From a virus (taxonomy: Duplodnaviria; Caudoviricetes), in IMG/VR virus record IMGVR_UViG_3300028197_000002: DNA of 64,000 nucleotides; one strand, 5' to 3'. Positions 1-8,691 of this stretch are shown in pieces. How positions within the stretch are numbered: the first letter of the stretch is position 1; every line of letters starts with the position of its first letter. The translations under genes were made by a program, and so were the position numbers. The notes below the pieces were generated by a model. The model worked only from the letters and a program-made list of their open reading frames with translations, ran no database searches and was not told the DNA's origin.

Positions 1-161
1 TTTAATTGTTCGCCATCTATAAATATAGCTTTTTCAACTCCATCTATTCGGGGGTCAGGACCCAAAGGCCTCATTTTAACCTCAAATTTATGTTTAAAAT
101 TGCCTTTTTCGTCTGTTGGGGGCAATTCTTTATGAAGTTCAAAATCATCAAAATTATTCAT
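1..161 (-). CDS. Hypothetical protein, 5' part (runs off left edge); not in ORF track
   Basis: Manual translation from ATG at 161: MNNFDDFELHKELPPTDEKGNFKHKFEVKMRPLGPDPRIDGVEKAIFIDGEQL..., open to the window edge. Confidence 0.7.
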   Translation of the reverse strand, partial: MNNFDDFELHKELPPTDEKGNFKHKFEVKMRPLGPDPRIDGVEKAIFIDGEQL

Positions 162-208
162 GAAATTAATATAGTATTTTATAAATAAATATAAAAGGAA
201 TTCACGTT

Positions 209-721
209 ATGCATTTTTTAGAAACCTCTTTAAGCGAGTTGTATCAAAGCACTGTTGATACTTTCCCAACGACTTCAAAAAGACAAAATTCAATTGATAC
301 AGTTGTTATTGAGAATTTGAATTGGATTCCTTTCTTGGGAGTAAAAACTTTATTTATAAAAGGTCTTGTTAAAAATGAAGGGAAAAAATACGACTCAATT
401 ATTTTAATTAAAAATATGAAGTTCGAAGAAAAAGAAGGGAAAAACATAATTAAAATAAAAATGAGTGATGGAAAAGATTATTATGTCCAAAAAGTAAAAA
501 TTGATGAAAACGATGTTTCTGTTAGATGCAACTGTGGAGATTTTTACTGGCGTGGGAACTACGCAAACTCGCTCGACAAATCTCTTTACGGAAGAAAAAG
601 AAGCAAGTACGAAACAAAAACTAATAGGCCTCCGGTCAATCCTGGAGATTCTCCGATAATGTGTAAACATCTTATTAAAATGACAAAAATTTTAAAAGAA
701 GCCAATTTGCTAAAAAATTAA
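209..721 (+). CDS. SWIM-type zinc finger phage protein
   Basis: RCNCGDF...MCKHL (CxC...CxH); TATAAATA at 180-187 and AAGGA upstream. Confidence 0.7.
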   Translation: MHFLETSLSELYQSTVDTFPTTSKRQNSIDTVVIENLNWIPFLGVKTLFIKGLVKNEGKKYDSIILIKNMKFEEKEGKNIIKIKMSDGKDYYVQKVKIDENDVSVRCNCGDFYWRGNYANSLDKSLYGRKRSKYETKTNRPPVNPGDSPIMCKHLIKMTKILKEANLLKN

Positions 722-756
722 TATATATCTAAACAAAGAACGCTGCTAGGAGTTTG

Positions 757-1293
757 ATGACCTATTTAATAAATCCAAAAACAACTGTGAGGCAAAACAA
801 TGTAGTCATAGGCACTATTTTGGGTGGATCTTCTCTTGTAAAACCCTCCAAAGGGAAAAATTGCTACTTGTCCATGAGAAGTAAAGATCTCGAATGGATA
901 AGTTGGAAATCCAAAGAGTTAAAAGACCTAGCCAATGTTGATCCTATTACAAAAGAAAAAACATATAGATGGCATTCGATATGTTATCCAGTATTTAATG
1001 ATTACTACAAACAATTTTATCATCAAAATAAAAGAGCTTTAAATATAGATACATTAAATCTATTACAAGAAATGAGTTTCGCTGTCTGGTTTAAAGATTG
1101 TGGTAAAATCAAATCAAACAAGGCTATATTCAATACAAATATATGGAAAGAAAAAGGAAACAAAACAATACTTAAATATTTTAAAAGCTTAGATTGGGAA
1201 TGTGAAATGTTTAAAGAAAGAAATAACTTTAGAATACGATTGTCTGAAGATTCTACACAAGAAATTTTAGATATGATGAAAAACTTAGACTGA
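757..1293 (+). CDS. Free-standing LAGLIDADG-like (LAGLIDADG_2) endonuclease, possibly catalytically degenerate
   Basis: GTILGGSSL and AVWFKDCG resemble the two LAGLIDADG_2 motifs (GTLLGDGS / AxWFMDDG); AGGAG upstream of ATG 757. Confidence 0.65.
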   Translation: MTYLINPKTTVRQNNVVIGTILGGSSLVKPSKGKNCYLSMRSKDLEWISWKSKELKDLANVDPITKEKTYRWHSICYPVFNDYYKQFYHQNKRALNIDTLNLLQEMSFAVWFKDCGKIKSNKAIFNTNIWKEKGNKTILKYFKSLDWECEMFKERNNFRIRLSEDSTQEILDMMKNLD

Positions 1294-1301
1294 GGAAGAT
1301 C

Positions 1302-2501
1302 ATGAAAAAAGCATCAGGAATTTTTTATACCGATGGGAAACAAGTTTTGTTACTCAAAAAAAGAAAAGGCAAAAGTAAAAACTCTTGGGGATTGCCCGGA
1401 GGTGGAATAGAAAAAGGAGAGTCTGCTTTAGATGCAGCCAAAAGAGAGTCTCGTGAAGAAATTGGAAAATGGGAAGGAAGAAATTTTGGTAAAGTAAGAG
1501 AATTAGAAAGAACTTCAGACGGCAGGAGATCAGAAATATCTCACAATTGGACTACTTTTTTTTACAAGGTAGAAAAACCTTTTAAGTGTAGATTAAGCAA
1601 AGAACATTCAAAATGGGATTGGTTTGATTTAGATGGACTTAAAAAAATAAAATTACATCCAAAGCTTAAAAAATATTTGAAAAAACATTTAAAAGTTGTA
1701 GAAAAAGAATTTAAAATAAACATAAAAGAAAGTTTTACTGATGAAGGGAAAGGAGCTACTTTTAAAGAATGGTTGGAAAATTCAAAAGTCGACGTATTAT
1801 CAGAAAGTATGGATGTGTCTGTGTCGGGCTACGTTGCGGACAGATCTAACAGAGATCTTCTTAGTTTGTCTAATTCTATGAGCAAAATAGTGAATAAAAC
1901 ATGGTTTAAACTTACTGATGAAGAGCGAGAAAAAATAAAAGTTCGACCCGTAGTAACTTCGGACGGAGATGATCATTTTGAAAAAGAAGGAACAATAAAT
2001 TTTTACACATCTGGCTGGAAAGATGAAGACGTTCAAGAAATATCTGACGGTCTTAAAAAATTCATGGATTCTAAAAATGTAAAGCATGGTCCGTTTCGGT
2101 TAGATAGAAGTGGAGTTTATGATTCCAGTGTGATTAGGATACCAATTCTTCAGATGCCTGTGGAAAAAGAAGGAAATAATCCTCCCGAAATGAACTTGTC
2201 TAATACAAATGCGATTGCTTTATTCAGAGATGTTTTAGGATTTGAATTTGATCAGACTCTTTCTGGATTTTCTATCCCTGCCTTCGAATTGCTTAAGGCG
2301 ATTGAAGATTTAAATGAACCCAAGGGCCAAGACAAAATAGACATTCATTCTAGAGATGCCTATCAAACAAAACGCAAAGATGGACCAACAATGATTCACG
2401 GAGGGCAAGATAGAAACGACATTCTAAGAAAGCTAAATGTAGTTAGAAAAATTGCTCAATGGGCAATAAAGAATGGTCATCAAGAAATATCTGTATTCTA
2501 A
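1302..2501 (+). CDS. Nudix hydrolase fused to an unknown C-terminal domain
   Basis: Canonical Nudix box GGIEKGESALDAAKRESREEIG; internal TFKEWLE motif. Confidence 0.85.
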   Translation: MKKASGIFYTDGKQVLLLKKRKGKSKNSWGLPGGGIEKGESALDAAKRESREEIGKWEGRNFGKVRELERTSDGRRSEISHNWTTFFYKVEKPFKCRLSKEHSKWDWFDLDGLKKIKLHPKLKKYLKKHLKVVEKEFKINIKESFTDEGKGATFKEWLENSKVDVLSESMDVSVSGYVADRSNRDLLSLSNSMSKIVNKTWFKLTDEEREKIKVRPVVTSDGDDHFEKEGTINFYTSGWKDEDVQEISDGLKKFMDSKNVKHGPFRLDRSGVYDSSVIRIPILQMPVEKEGNNPPEMNLSNTNAIALFRDVLGFEFDQTLSGFSIPAFELLKAIEDLNEPKGQDKIDIHSRDAYQTKRKDGPTMIHGGQDRNDILRKLNVVRKIAQWAIKNGHQEISVF

Positions 2502-3232
2502 TAATTTATATAATTTTGAGTTTCAATCATAGAGCTTACAGTTCCCATATCGTGCCAAAAACCTTTTAGCTTGTAAGACAACAAATTTTTTGATTGGACA
2601 TAGTGATTATTTACATCTGTTATTTCAAGCTCTCCTCTATTAGAGGTTTTGAGATAAGGAAGAATTTCAAAAACAGCAGGCGTGTACAAATACAAACCTG
2701 TGACAGCCCAGTTTGTTTTTGGGACTTTAGGTTTCTCAACTATATTTGAAACAACTCCTTGCCCATCTATTTCTGCAACTCCAAATCTTTCTGGGTCTGT
2801 TACTTCTTTTATGAAAATTGCTGCTTTGTTCGAATAGTCTTCAAATTCTTTTATTTCTTTTTCAAAAGAATCTTCAAAGAAATTATCGCCTAGTATAACA
2901 GCAAAATTTTCTTGACAAACAAAGACTTCAGATAGTTTTAAGGCTTGGGCTATTCCCGTTGGGCTTCTGTCCATTTCTTGAATTTTATAAGTTAAATTGA
3001 CATTTAAATCTTGCCCATCGCCTAAAGTTTGAACCATGTGCCCACAGTGATCTCTTGAAGTTATAATTAATATCTCTTCTATGCCACTTTGTTTAAGTGT
3101 ATTTATGGGATAGTGTATTATAGGCACAGCGCCTTTGTCTTTAGAATAAACAGGAGCCAAATGCTTGCATGTTGCATTTGTAAAAGGTGCCAAACGAGTG
3201 CCAAAACCTCCTGCGAGTATTACGCCTTTCAT
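2498..3232 (-). CDS. rmlA: Glucose-1-phosphate thymidylyltransferase (RmlA/RfbA-like NDP-sugar synthase)
   Basis: GVILAGGFGTRL, GIAQA, LGDNFF, VEKP, TGLYLY, RGELEITD, WHDMGT motifs. Confidence 0.9.
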   Translation of the reverse strand: MKGVILAGGFGTRLAPFTNATCKHLAPVYSKDKGAVPIIHYPINTLKQSGIEEILIITSRDHCGHMVQTLGDGQDLNVNLTYKIQEMDRSPTGIAQALKLSEVFVCQENFAVILGDNFFEDSFEKEIKEFEDYSNKAAIFIKEVTDPERFGVAEIDGQGVVSNIVEKPKVPKTNWAVTGLYLYTPAVFEILPYLKTSNRGELEITDVNNHYVQSKNLLSYKLKGFWHDMGTVSSMIETQNYINY

Positions 3233-3241
3233 AAGTATTTC

Positions 3242-3778
3242 TCAATTCATAAGATAGTTTTGTCTTGGACTCAAATCCATTTTTTTTAAATATTCAACAT
3301 CTTGTCTGATTTTCTCTTTGTCCCATTCTTCATAATTATCACCAAAAACAAATTTGTCATGTGGCTTTATATCCCACCAAACTGATCGTTCAAGTTCGTA
3401 TTCCAGCTGTTCTTCTTGCCACGTACAAAATCCAATATACATTTCGAATCTTGTTCTTTTATTAGATATTATTTTTTCTATATTTTCTGGGTGGCAGCTT
3501 TGATAAGTATTTGGGAAAACTTCTTCTTCTGAGTATTTTTTTGACTTATGAACTAAAAAGACTTTTCCGTATACGGGACCTCCTATTCTTAAATTGTTAT
3601 TTTTTGGAACAATTAAATTAGGATTGACTTCTTCCCATACGTCTTTAATTTTTTGATTCATTCGCTTATTAGTAATAACTCCTACATTACCAATATCTCC
3701 GTTTTTTAAAATCAATATTGTTGACTTATAAAAAATGGAGTCTTTAACGATAGGAGTTGATACTAAAATTTTACTCAT
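3242..3778 (-). CDS. YqgE/AlgH (DUF179) family protein
   Basis: ST(I)LIL...GVITNK, GGPV, YIGFCTWQEEQLEYEL..SVW pattern; start taken at MSK. Confidence 0.8.
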   Translation of the reverse strand: MSKILVSTPIVKDSIFYKSTILILKNGDIGNVGVITNKRMNQKIKDVWEEVNPNLIVPKNNNLRIGGPVYGKVFLVHKSKKYSEEEVFPNTYQSCHPENIEKIISNKRTRFEMYIGFCTWQEEQLEYELERSVWWDIKPHDKFVFGDNYEEWDKEKIRQDVEYLKKMDLSPRQNYLMN

Positions 3779-4349
3779 TAATAATAGTAACACCAGACAA
3801 AGGATCTTCTGTCAAAAGAGATTCTTCTGTATTTTCTTCTATGTTTTCTTCGTCATTTTTAACTTCTTTTAATTGTTTGTTATTGGAAGTTGAATGCACT
3901 ATATGTTCTAACTTACCTTCAGTATTAATTTGATCAGGTTGATCTAGTAAAAGCTTTTCTTCATTCATAACTTTCTCCTTGTTAGTTCTTTTCTTCCTAG
4001 TTTTTTCAGTCTTTTTTTTGACTTCTTTATTTATCTTTTGAGATTCTATTTTTTCTTCTACTTTTACTTTTTCTTCAGTTGTTATTGCTTTTTTCTGTGG
4101 GGCTTCTATGGTTCTAACTAAAGAAGCTTCTCTAGGAACCATTTGTAAAAAAGAACTATCTCCAGTCCAAGTTTGTCCGGGTTCAACCCATATCTTGCCC
4201 TCTGCCGATTTTTTAAATAGTTGAATAGAAGCGGTAGTGCTCCTATTTCTAAATTTGAACAAACCTTCGCCAGTTTCATTTTCTTTCTTTTTATTGAGTC
4301 TGGCTTGGTTTCTAGCTACTTTGGATTTGATATCATTTTTTTGTTTCAT
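3771..4349 (-). CDS. Hypothetical protein, Lys/Glu-rich
   Basis: 192-aa ORF, AGGTG SD, stop overlaps the next gene. Confidence 0.7.
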   Translation of the reverse strand: MKQKNDIKSKVARNQARLNKKKENETGEGLFKFRNRSTTASIQLFKKSAEGKIWVEPGQTWTGDSSFLQMVPREASLVRTIEAPQKKAITTEEKVKVEEKIESQKINKEVKKKTEKTRKKRTNKEKVMNEEKLLLDQPDQINTEGKLEHIVHSTSNNKQLKEVKNDEENIEENTEESLLTEDPLSGVTIINE

Positions 4350-4397
4350 AATTTTTCACCTAAATACTACATTTAGTATAGTATCAGGTAGGCCATA

Positions 4398-4754
4398 ATG
4401 AAAAATCCAGATCTAAAAAATAAATTAATACCCAAAAAGTGGACGGAACTTTACCCACAAGGCACTAAAGCTGGGAATGACGAATCAAAGTTTTTTGTCT
4501 GTCTATCCAGAAACAAAAAATATGATTGGAGATCTATCGCAGCGATATCCAAAGAAAGCTCTTTGAGCAAAAAAAGAGTAGAAGAGATAATTCTCAAATA
4601 CCATAAACTAGGAATAGTTCTACAGCACCCAAAGAATGAACTTCATTGGGGCTATTGGGAACGTATACCGCATATGCTTCCAGAAAAAAAGAACTCAATA
4701 TCTTCTTCAGATAAAGAAAGTAGAATAAAAAAAGCAATTAATAAAAATAATTAA
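4398..4754 (+). CDS. Hypothetical protein, possible winged-helix DNA-binding protein
   Basis: WRSIAAISKESSLSKKRVEEII is HTH-like. Confidence 0.5.
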   Translation: MKNPDLKNKLIPKKWTELYPQGTKAGNDESKFFVCLSRNKKYDWRSIAAISKESSLSKKRVEEIILKYHKLGIVLQHPKNELHWGYWERIPHMLPEKKNSISSSDKESRIKKAINKNN

Positions 4755-4778
4755 ATAATTTAATTAATTGCTTTTTTC

Positions 4779-5069
4779 TTATTTATTTTCTTTTACAGCA
4801 GTGTCTTTAGGCGTAACTATATTCTTATCCTTCATGTTTTTAGCTTCAACGTCTGCATTAGCTTTGCTTGGGTTAAAGTATTTTTCAGGATATTGACCAG
4901 AAACATAAGCATCAGGATAGTTTGCACTATAGCCTGTTCTTACTCTGTTTTCATCGGTAGTGTTGTCCTCAGCTTCCTTTGCCTCAAGATTATCTTCGGC
5001 AGGAGCTGCATCTGTAACTGCTGGACTTTCTAGTTTGTTTTCTTTCATCCAATTTAAAAATGATTGCAT
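4779..5069 (-). CDS. Small acidic protein with CTS-like N-terminus (candidate capsid-internal protein)
   Basis: MQSFLNWMKE; AAGGAG SD; TATATA upstream. Confidence 0.6.
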   Translation of the reverse strand: MQSFLNWMKENKLESPAVTDAAPAEDNLEAKEAEDNTTDENRVRTGYSANYPDAYVSGQYPEKYFNPSKANADVEAKNMKDKNIVTPKDTAVKENK

Positions 5070-5167
5070 TATAAAATCTCCTTGTGAACAATTTTATATA
5101 GAGTATATATAAGTTTTTTTTCATTTTTTTCAACTATATAATTTAGTCGCAAAAGGAGATAAATTTA

Positions 5168-6892
5168 ATGAGATTCGCAGAATGGCTAATTTTTGAAGAT
5201 ATAAGAGAAGATTTTAATAATTGTCACTTTAAATTGCTACTTAAACAAGTAGATGAATTGTTCGAAAGAGCATTAAAAACCAAAGGATTTATTGAAGAAA
5301 ATGTGGATTTTGAAGTAATTCAAGAAGTTTGGCAATATCCCACATCAGTAGAAACAATATCTGAAAATTTAAGCGATTGCAACTGCCGAGCTTTAATGGC
5401 CAAAAGCACAATACCAGTAAATTGCTGCTCTCTCAAGTGCATAAAAGATCTAATGGTTCAGGTTAGATTAGGAGGAATTGAGGAAAGAAGAAAAGATATG
5501 GGGAATCTGCAGGTCCTGCACAACAAGCAAATCGAGGTAGCTGAGGAATTGGAGAAAGAACCAGAAAATCCCTTCCTCATAGAAGATTTAGAAGACGTAG
5601 CAAAAGAAAAAATTAAACTATTAATTAAGCTTGGTCATATTAGAAAAAGAGAAACATTCGTTCAAAACTTCTATCTTGATGAACTAAAAGATAGAGAAAA
5701 GAATCTAGAAGAGCTTAACAAAAGAACTATGAACGCCTTGGCAGAAAAAAACAATGAAGTTCCAGAGGAAATGAAAATATATTTAAATCCCAATGCAAAT
5801 AAAGACTTTGGAACATTTTTAATGAAAATGTTTGTAAAAGGAGATGACATAGATCGAGCAGGAGACATATTCCAAAATTTCGTAAAAAGATTGACATCAA
5901 AAAAAATAAAAAATGGAGAAGCAACTTGGAAAGATTTTGCTGGTCTTAAAGGAACTTTACAAGATCTTGAAGACTCTGAGTGTGACGATTCATCATTAGG
6001 ATCACCAAAATCAGTTGAAAAAGAAAGTCCAATATTAAACAGACTATCAAAATTTATGAAAGCAAATATTTCTAAGTCCGGGAGATCTGGAAGTGAAGAG
6101 TACGTTTCTCGAAAAGAAACTGTGACAAGCAGAACGGCAAAACAAGCAATTATAAATAATGACTTGGGAAGAACGAAAGCGAAAGGACAAATAAATTGGT
6201 CTAAAAAAGGATCTGAGAATTTGGGATTCTATCGGGATGCTTTAAACAGTTTGTTTAATGGAGAAGAAATAAATGTTGTTTCAAGAGAAGATAAACTTAG
6301 AAAAGAAATAGTAGAAGATATATTTTTCTCTAAAAGCACTAATAAAGACTTGTTTCCAATTAGACCGTCTAACAAAGAAAACATAAGTTTATCATTGGAA
6401 AGTTATTATGATTTTTTGAAAGCAAGTACAATTTCAAAAGTTGCAGAAGTTCCACGAACTGCACTTAAAAGTTCAAGCGAAGAAGAAGACACAGACGCAG
6501 CAATACTAAGTTCATTAAGAGGCAGATCTCAAAAAGACAATTCTGTTGGGAAGTCTGCTGACCCTCTTAAACAACTAATTGGCAAAGAAGAAATGGAAGT
6601 GGGAGAATTAGGAAAAATAAATCAACAACTAAAGAAAATGCTTTTGGGATCAGAAGAAGAAATGCAACAAGCTCTTTCTTTCTGCATCAAATATGGGTTA
6701 GACTGCAGAAATTTCAATAAAATTAATGTAAGCAAAGATGTGTTTAGAACAACAACAAAAGGAGATTCCTTAAAAGGTCTTCCTGTACAAGTTGTAGCGA
6801 ATCAACTCTCTGTAATGTTGAAAAAAGACATCCCTTATCAAAAAGCAAGAAATCTAACAATGGACGCCGAGGCCAAAATAAGAAGTTTATAA
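5168..6892 (+). CDS. 574-aa protein with CTS-like N-terminus and sigma70 region-4-like C-terminus
   Basis: MRFAEWLIFE; C-terminal CIKYGLD..LPVQVVANQL..IPYQKARNLTMDAEAKIR aligns by eye to RpoD [41 protein letters not shown] SD. Confidence 0.5.
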   Translation: MRFAEWLIFEDIREDFNNCHFKLLLKQVDELFERALKTKGFIEENVDFEVIQEVWQYPTSVETISENLSDCNCRALMAKSTIPVNCCSLKCIKDLMVQVRLGGIEERRKDMGNLQVLHNKQIEVAEELEKEPENPFLIEDLEDVAKEKIKLLIKLGHIRKRETFVQNFYLDELKDREKNLEELNKRTMNALAEKNNEVPEEMKIYLNPNANKDFGTFLMKMFVKGDDIDRAGDIFQNFVKRLTSKKIKNGEATWKDFAGLKGTLQDLEDSECDDSSLGSPKSVEKESPILNRLSKFMKANISKSGRSGSEEYVSRKETVTSRTAKQAIINNDLGRTKAKGQINWSKKGSENLGFYRDALNSLFNGEEINVVSREDKLRKEIVEDIFFSKSTNKDLFPIRPSNKENISLSLESYYDFLKASTISKVAEVPRTALKSSSEEEDTDAAILSSLRGRSQKDNSVGKSADPLKQLIGKEEMEVGELGKINQQLKKMLLGSEEEMQQALSFCIKYGLDCRNFNKINVSKDVFRTTTKGDSLKGLPVQVVANQLSVMLKKDIPYQKARNLTMDAEAKIRSL

Positions 6893-6896
6893 ATTT

Positions 6897-7319
6897 ATGA
6901 AAGATTACATCCCCGCCATACTCGTAGCTTTATTTTGGGGAGTTTCGTATGGGGCTTGTGAACAATCTTTAAAGAGTGTTGATAAAAAAATATTTCTTCT
7001 TATCACAGGAATTGTAACAGGATTTTTTTGGACTTCCTATTATTTCATAGGTAAAAGCGAAAACAAAATTGATTCAATTGGATTGTTCTGGCTACTTGTA
7101 AGTGTGATTGCAGCGTTATTGGGAAATTATTATTGCCTAAAAGCTATAGAACAAATGGGTTCTGTTAAAGCTTCTGTCATAGAGATATCTTATCCCATTT
7201 TTTGCGCTTTGTTCATAATGCTTGTACAAATGAAAATCACGATGAACATTCAGCAAATAATTTGCATGTTCATCGTGATTTTTGGTTCCGCAGGATTTAT
7301 GTGGTGTGGTAGAAATTAG
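6897..7319 (+). CDS. EamA/DMT-family small membrane transporter
   Basis: 140 aa, about 5 hydrophobic helices; ALFWG, G..Y..L.AI..G..KAS.I..SYPIF pattern. Confidence 0.75.
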   Translation: MKDYIPAILVALFWGVSYGACEQSLKSVDKKIFLLITGIVTGFFWTSYYFIGKSENKIDSIGLFWLLVSVIAALLGNYYCLKAIEQMGSVKASVIEISYPIFCALFIMLVQMKITMNIQQIICMFIVIFGSAGFMWCGRN

Positions 7320-7333
7320 CAGGAAATTTCGGT

Positions 7334-7930
7334 TCAACCGCAGCTTCCACCTTCATGACCCCATCCGATTCTTGTAGATGGTGCATGTCCACAATCTCCG
7401 GGTTGAGTTTCCCCTAGTTGGCCATTAACGCTATTCCACCAAGATTTTTCTTCGTCTGTCATTTCTTTAGTTTCAAGCAATTCTTTAATTTTGCTAATAT
7501 TGCTTTTTACTTCTTGAACAACATCTGTCGCTTTTCCTTCTAAAAGAGATTCAAGCTCAGAGAGAATTTTTTCTAGTTGATTGTTTTCTTCTGTTTGAAC
7601 CTCTTCAGTTTCAGCTGTTTCTTCTGCTTTGACTTCTTCAGTTTCAGCTGTTTCTTCTGCTTTGACTTCTTCAGTTTCAGCTGTTTCTTCTGCTTTGACC
7701 TCTTCAGTTTCAGCGGTTTCTTCTGCTTTGACTTCTTCAGTTTCAGCTTGAGCTTCTACTGTTTCTTCTGCTTCTGCTTTTACTTCTTCATTTTCGGCTG
7801 CTTCTGACTCTTCTATTTCAGTGTTAGCACCCATAGGTTGTTGAGTTAAATTGTGAGGTTGTCTTAAGCCTAAGACTTGCGCACCATATAAAGACTCATT
7901 TAGTTTTTTGTACTCGCTGTAAGACAACAT
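7334..7930 (-). CDS. Highly acidic repeat protein with CTS-like start (scaffold/prohead-core-like)
   Basis: MLSYSEYKKLNES; (AEETAETEEVK)n repeats; AAGGAG SD. Confidence 0.6.
   Translation of the reverse strand: MLSYSEYKKLNESLYGAQVLGLRQPHNLTQQPMGANTEIEESEAAENEEVKAEAEETVEAQAETEEVKAEETAETEEVKAEETAETEEVKAEETAETEEVKAEETAETEEVQTEENNQLEKILSELESLLEGKATDVVQEVKSNISKIKELLETKEMTDEEKSWWNSVNGQLGETQPGDCGHAPSTRIGWGHEGGSCG
7603..7748. repeat. 33-bp in-frame tandem repeat, about 4.4 copies
   Basis: Unit cttcagtttcagctgtttcttctgctttgactt at 7603, 7636, 7669, 7702, and partial at 7735; no spacers. Confidence 0.95.
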
Positions 7931-7965
7931 AACAAATATTCTCCTTTTTTATTTAAGTTACATAT

Positions 7966-8691
7966 ATGAAAAACATACTAAAAATCGTATTGTTAATATT
8001 TATATCTATACTTTTAATCTTAATTTTTAATAAAAAAGAAAACACTCTCTCGAAGCCAGTTCCCTTTGAAAAGTTACCTTTAAACCACAATTCAGAGTCT
8101 GATCTCTGCGGATTTGAAAAAGTAGATTATTTCGAATGTGATTTTCTAATTCAAAATGCAAATTTTCCTTTTATTAAGCAAAAAGGGAAAATGTACATAA
8201 GCAAACCAAACAACATGTTTATAAAGAATTCATCTTTAGAAATAGGCTTAAACAAAAATTATTTCTGGTTCTGGTCAAAACATTTTAACCCTAAAAATTT
8301 ATATTATTGCAAAGCAAGAGATTTGGAAAATAGTCGTTTAAAAAAGTCTCTTAGTCCAATAATATTCAAAAAAATACTGACTTTAAATCCTAATGATGCT
8401 GAATTTAAAATAGGCAATGAAGATTTTAAGTTAATAATTCACATGGAAAAAATAAAAGAAAAAACAATAATAGTTAAAAAAATCTACAAAGACAATAATT
8501 TAGCAATAGAAGTATTCATAGAAGAATTTCAAGTAAAAGATGAGAAATCTTTTCCTAAAAAAATAAGAATAAATTGGCTAGAGGAAGACCTAGCGTCGAT
8601 TTGGACTTTAAGCAATATTGCACTAGATAATGAAAAAAAATGGAAAATTCAAGAAAAAAATAACATCAATAGAATTGACATATCAAACTAA
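7966..8691 (+). CDS. Membrane-anchored protein, LolA-like beta-rich fold suspected
   Basis: N-terminal hydrophobic anchor; KGKMYISKPNNMFIK and IGLNKNYFWFW patterns. Confidence 0.45.
   Translation: MKNILKIVLLIFISILLILIFNKKENTLSKPVPFEKLPLNHNSESDLCGFEKVDYFECDFLIQNANFPFIKQKGKMYISKPNNMFIKNSSLEIGLNKNYFWFWSKHFNPKNLYYCKARDLENSRLKKSLSPIIFKKILTLNPNDAEFKIGNEDFKLIIHMEKIKEKTIIVKKIYKDNNLAIEVFIEEFQVKDEKSFPKKIRINWLEEDLASIWTLSNIALDNEKKWKIQEKNNINRIDISN

Noticed and set aside
6-188. ORF-track + strand 60-aa ORF
   Set aside because: It is the shadow of a more protein-like minus-strand gene starting at 161. The TATAAATA at 18-25 lies inside that gene.
7577-7807. Phe/Cys-rich repetitive ORF; possible CRISPR array
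   Set aside because: The ORF is the antisense of the 33-bp coding repeat. The units are directly adjacent with no spacers, and no cas genes are present.
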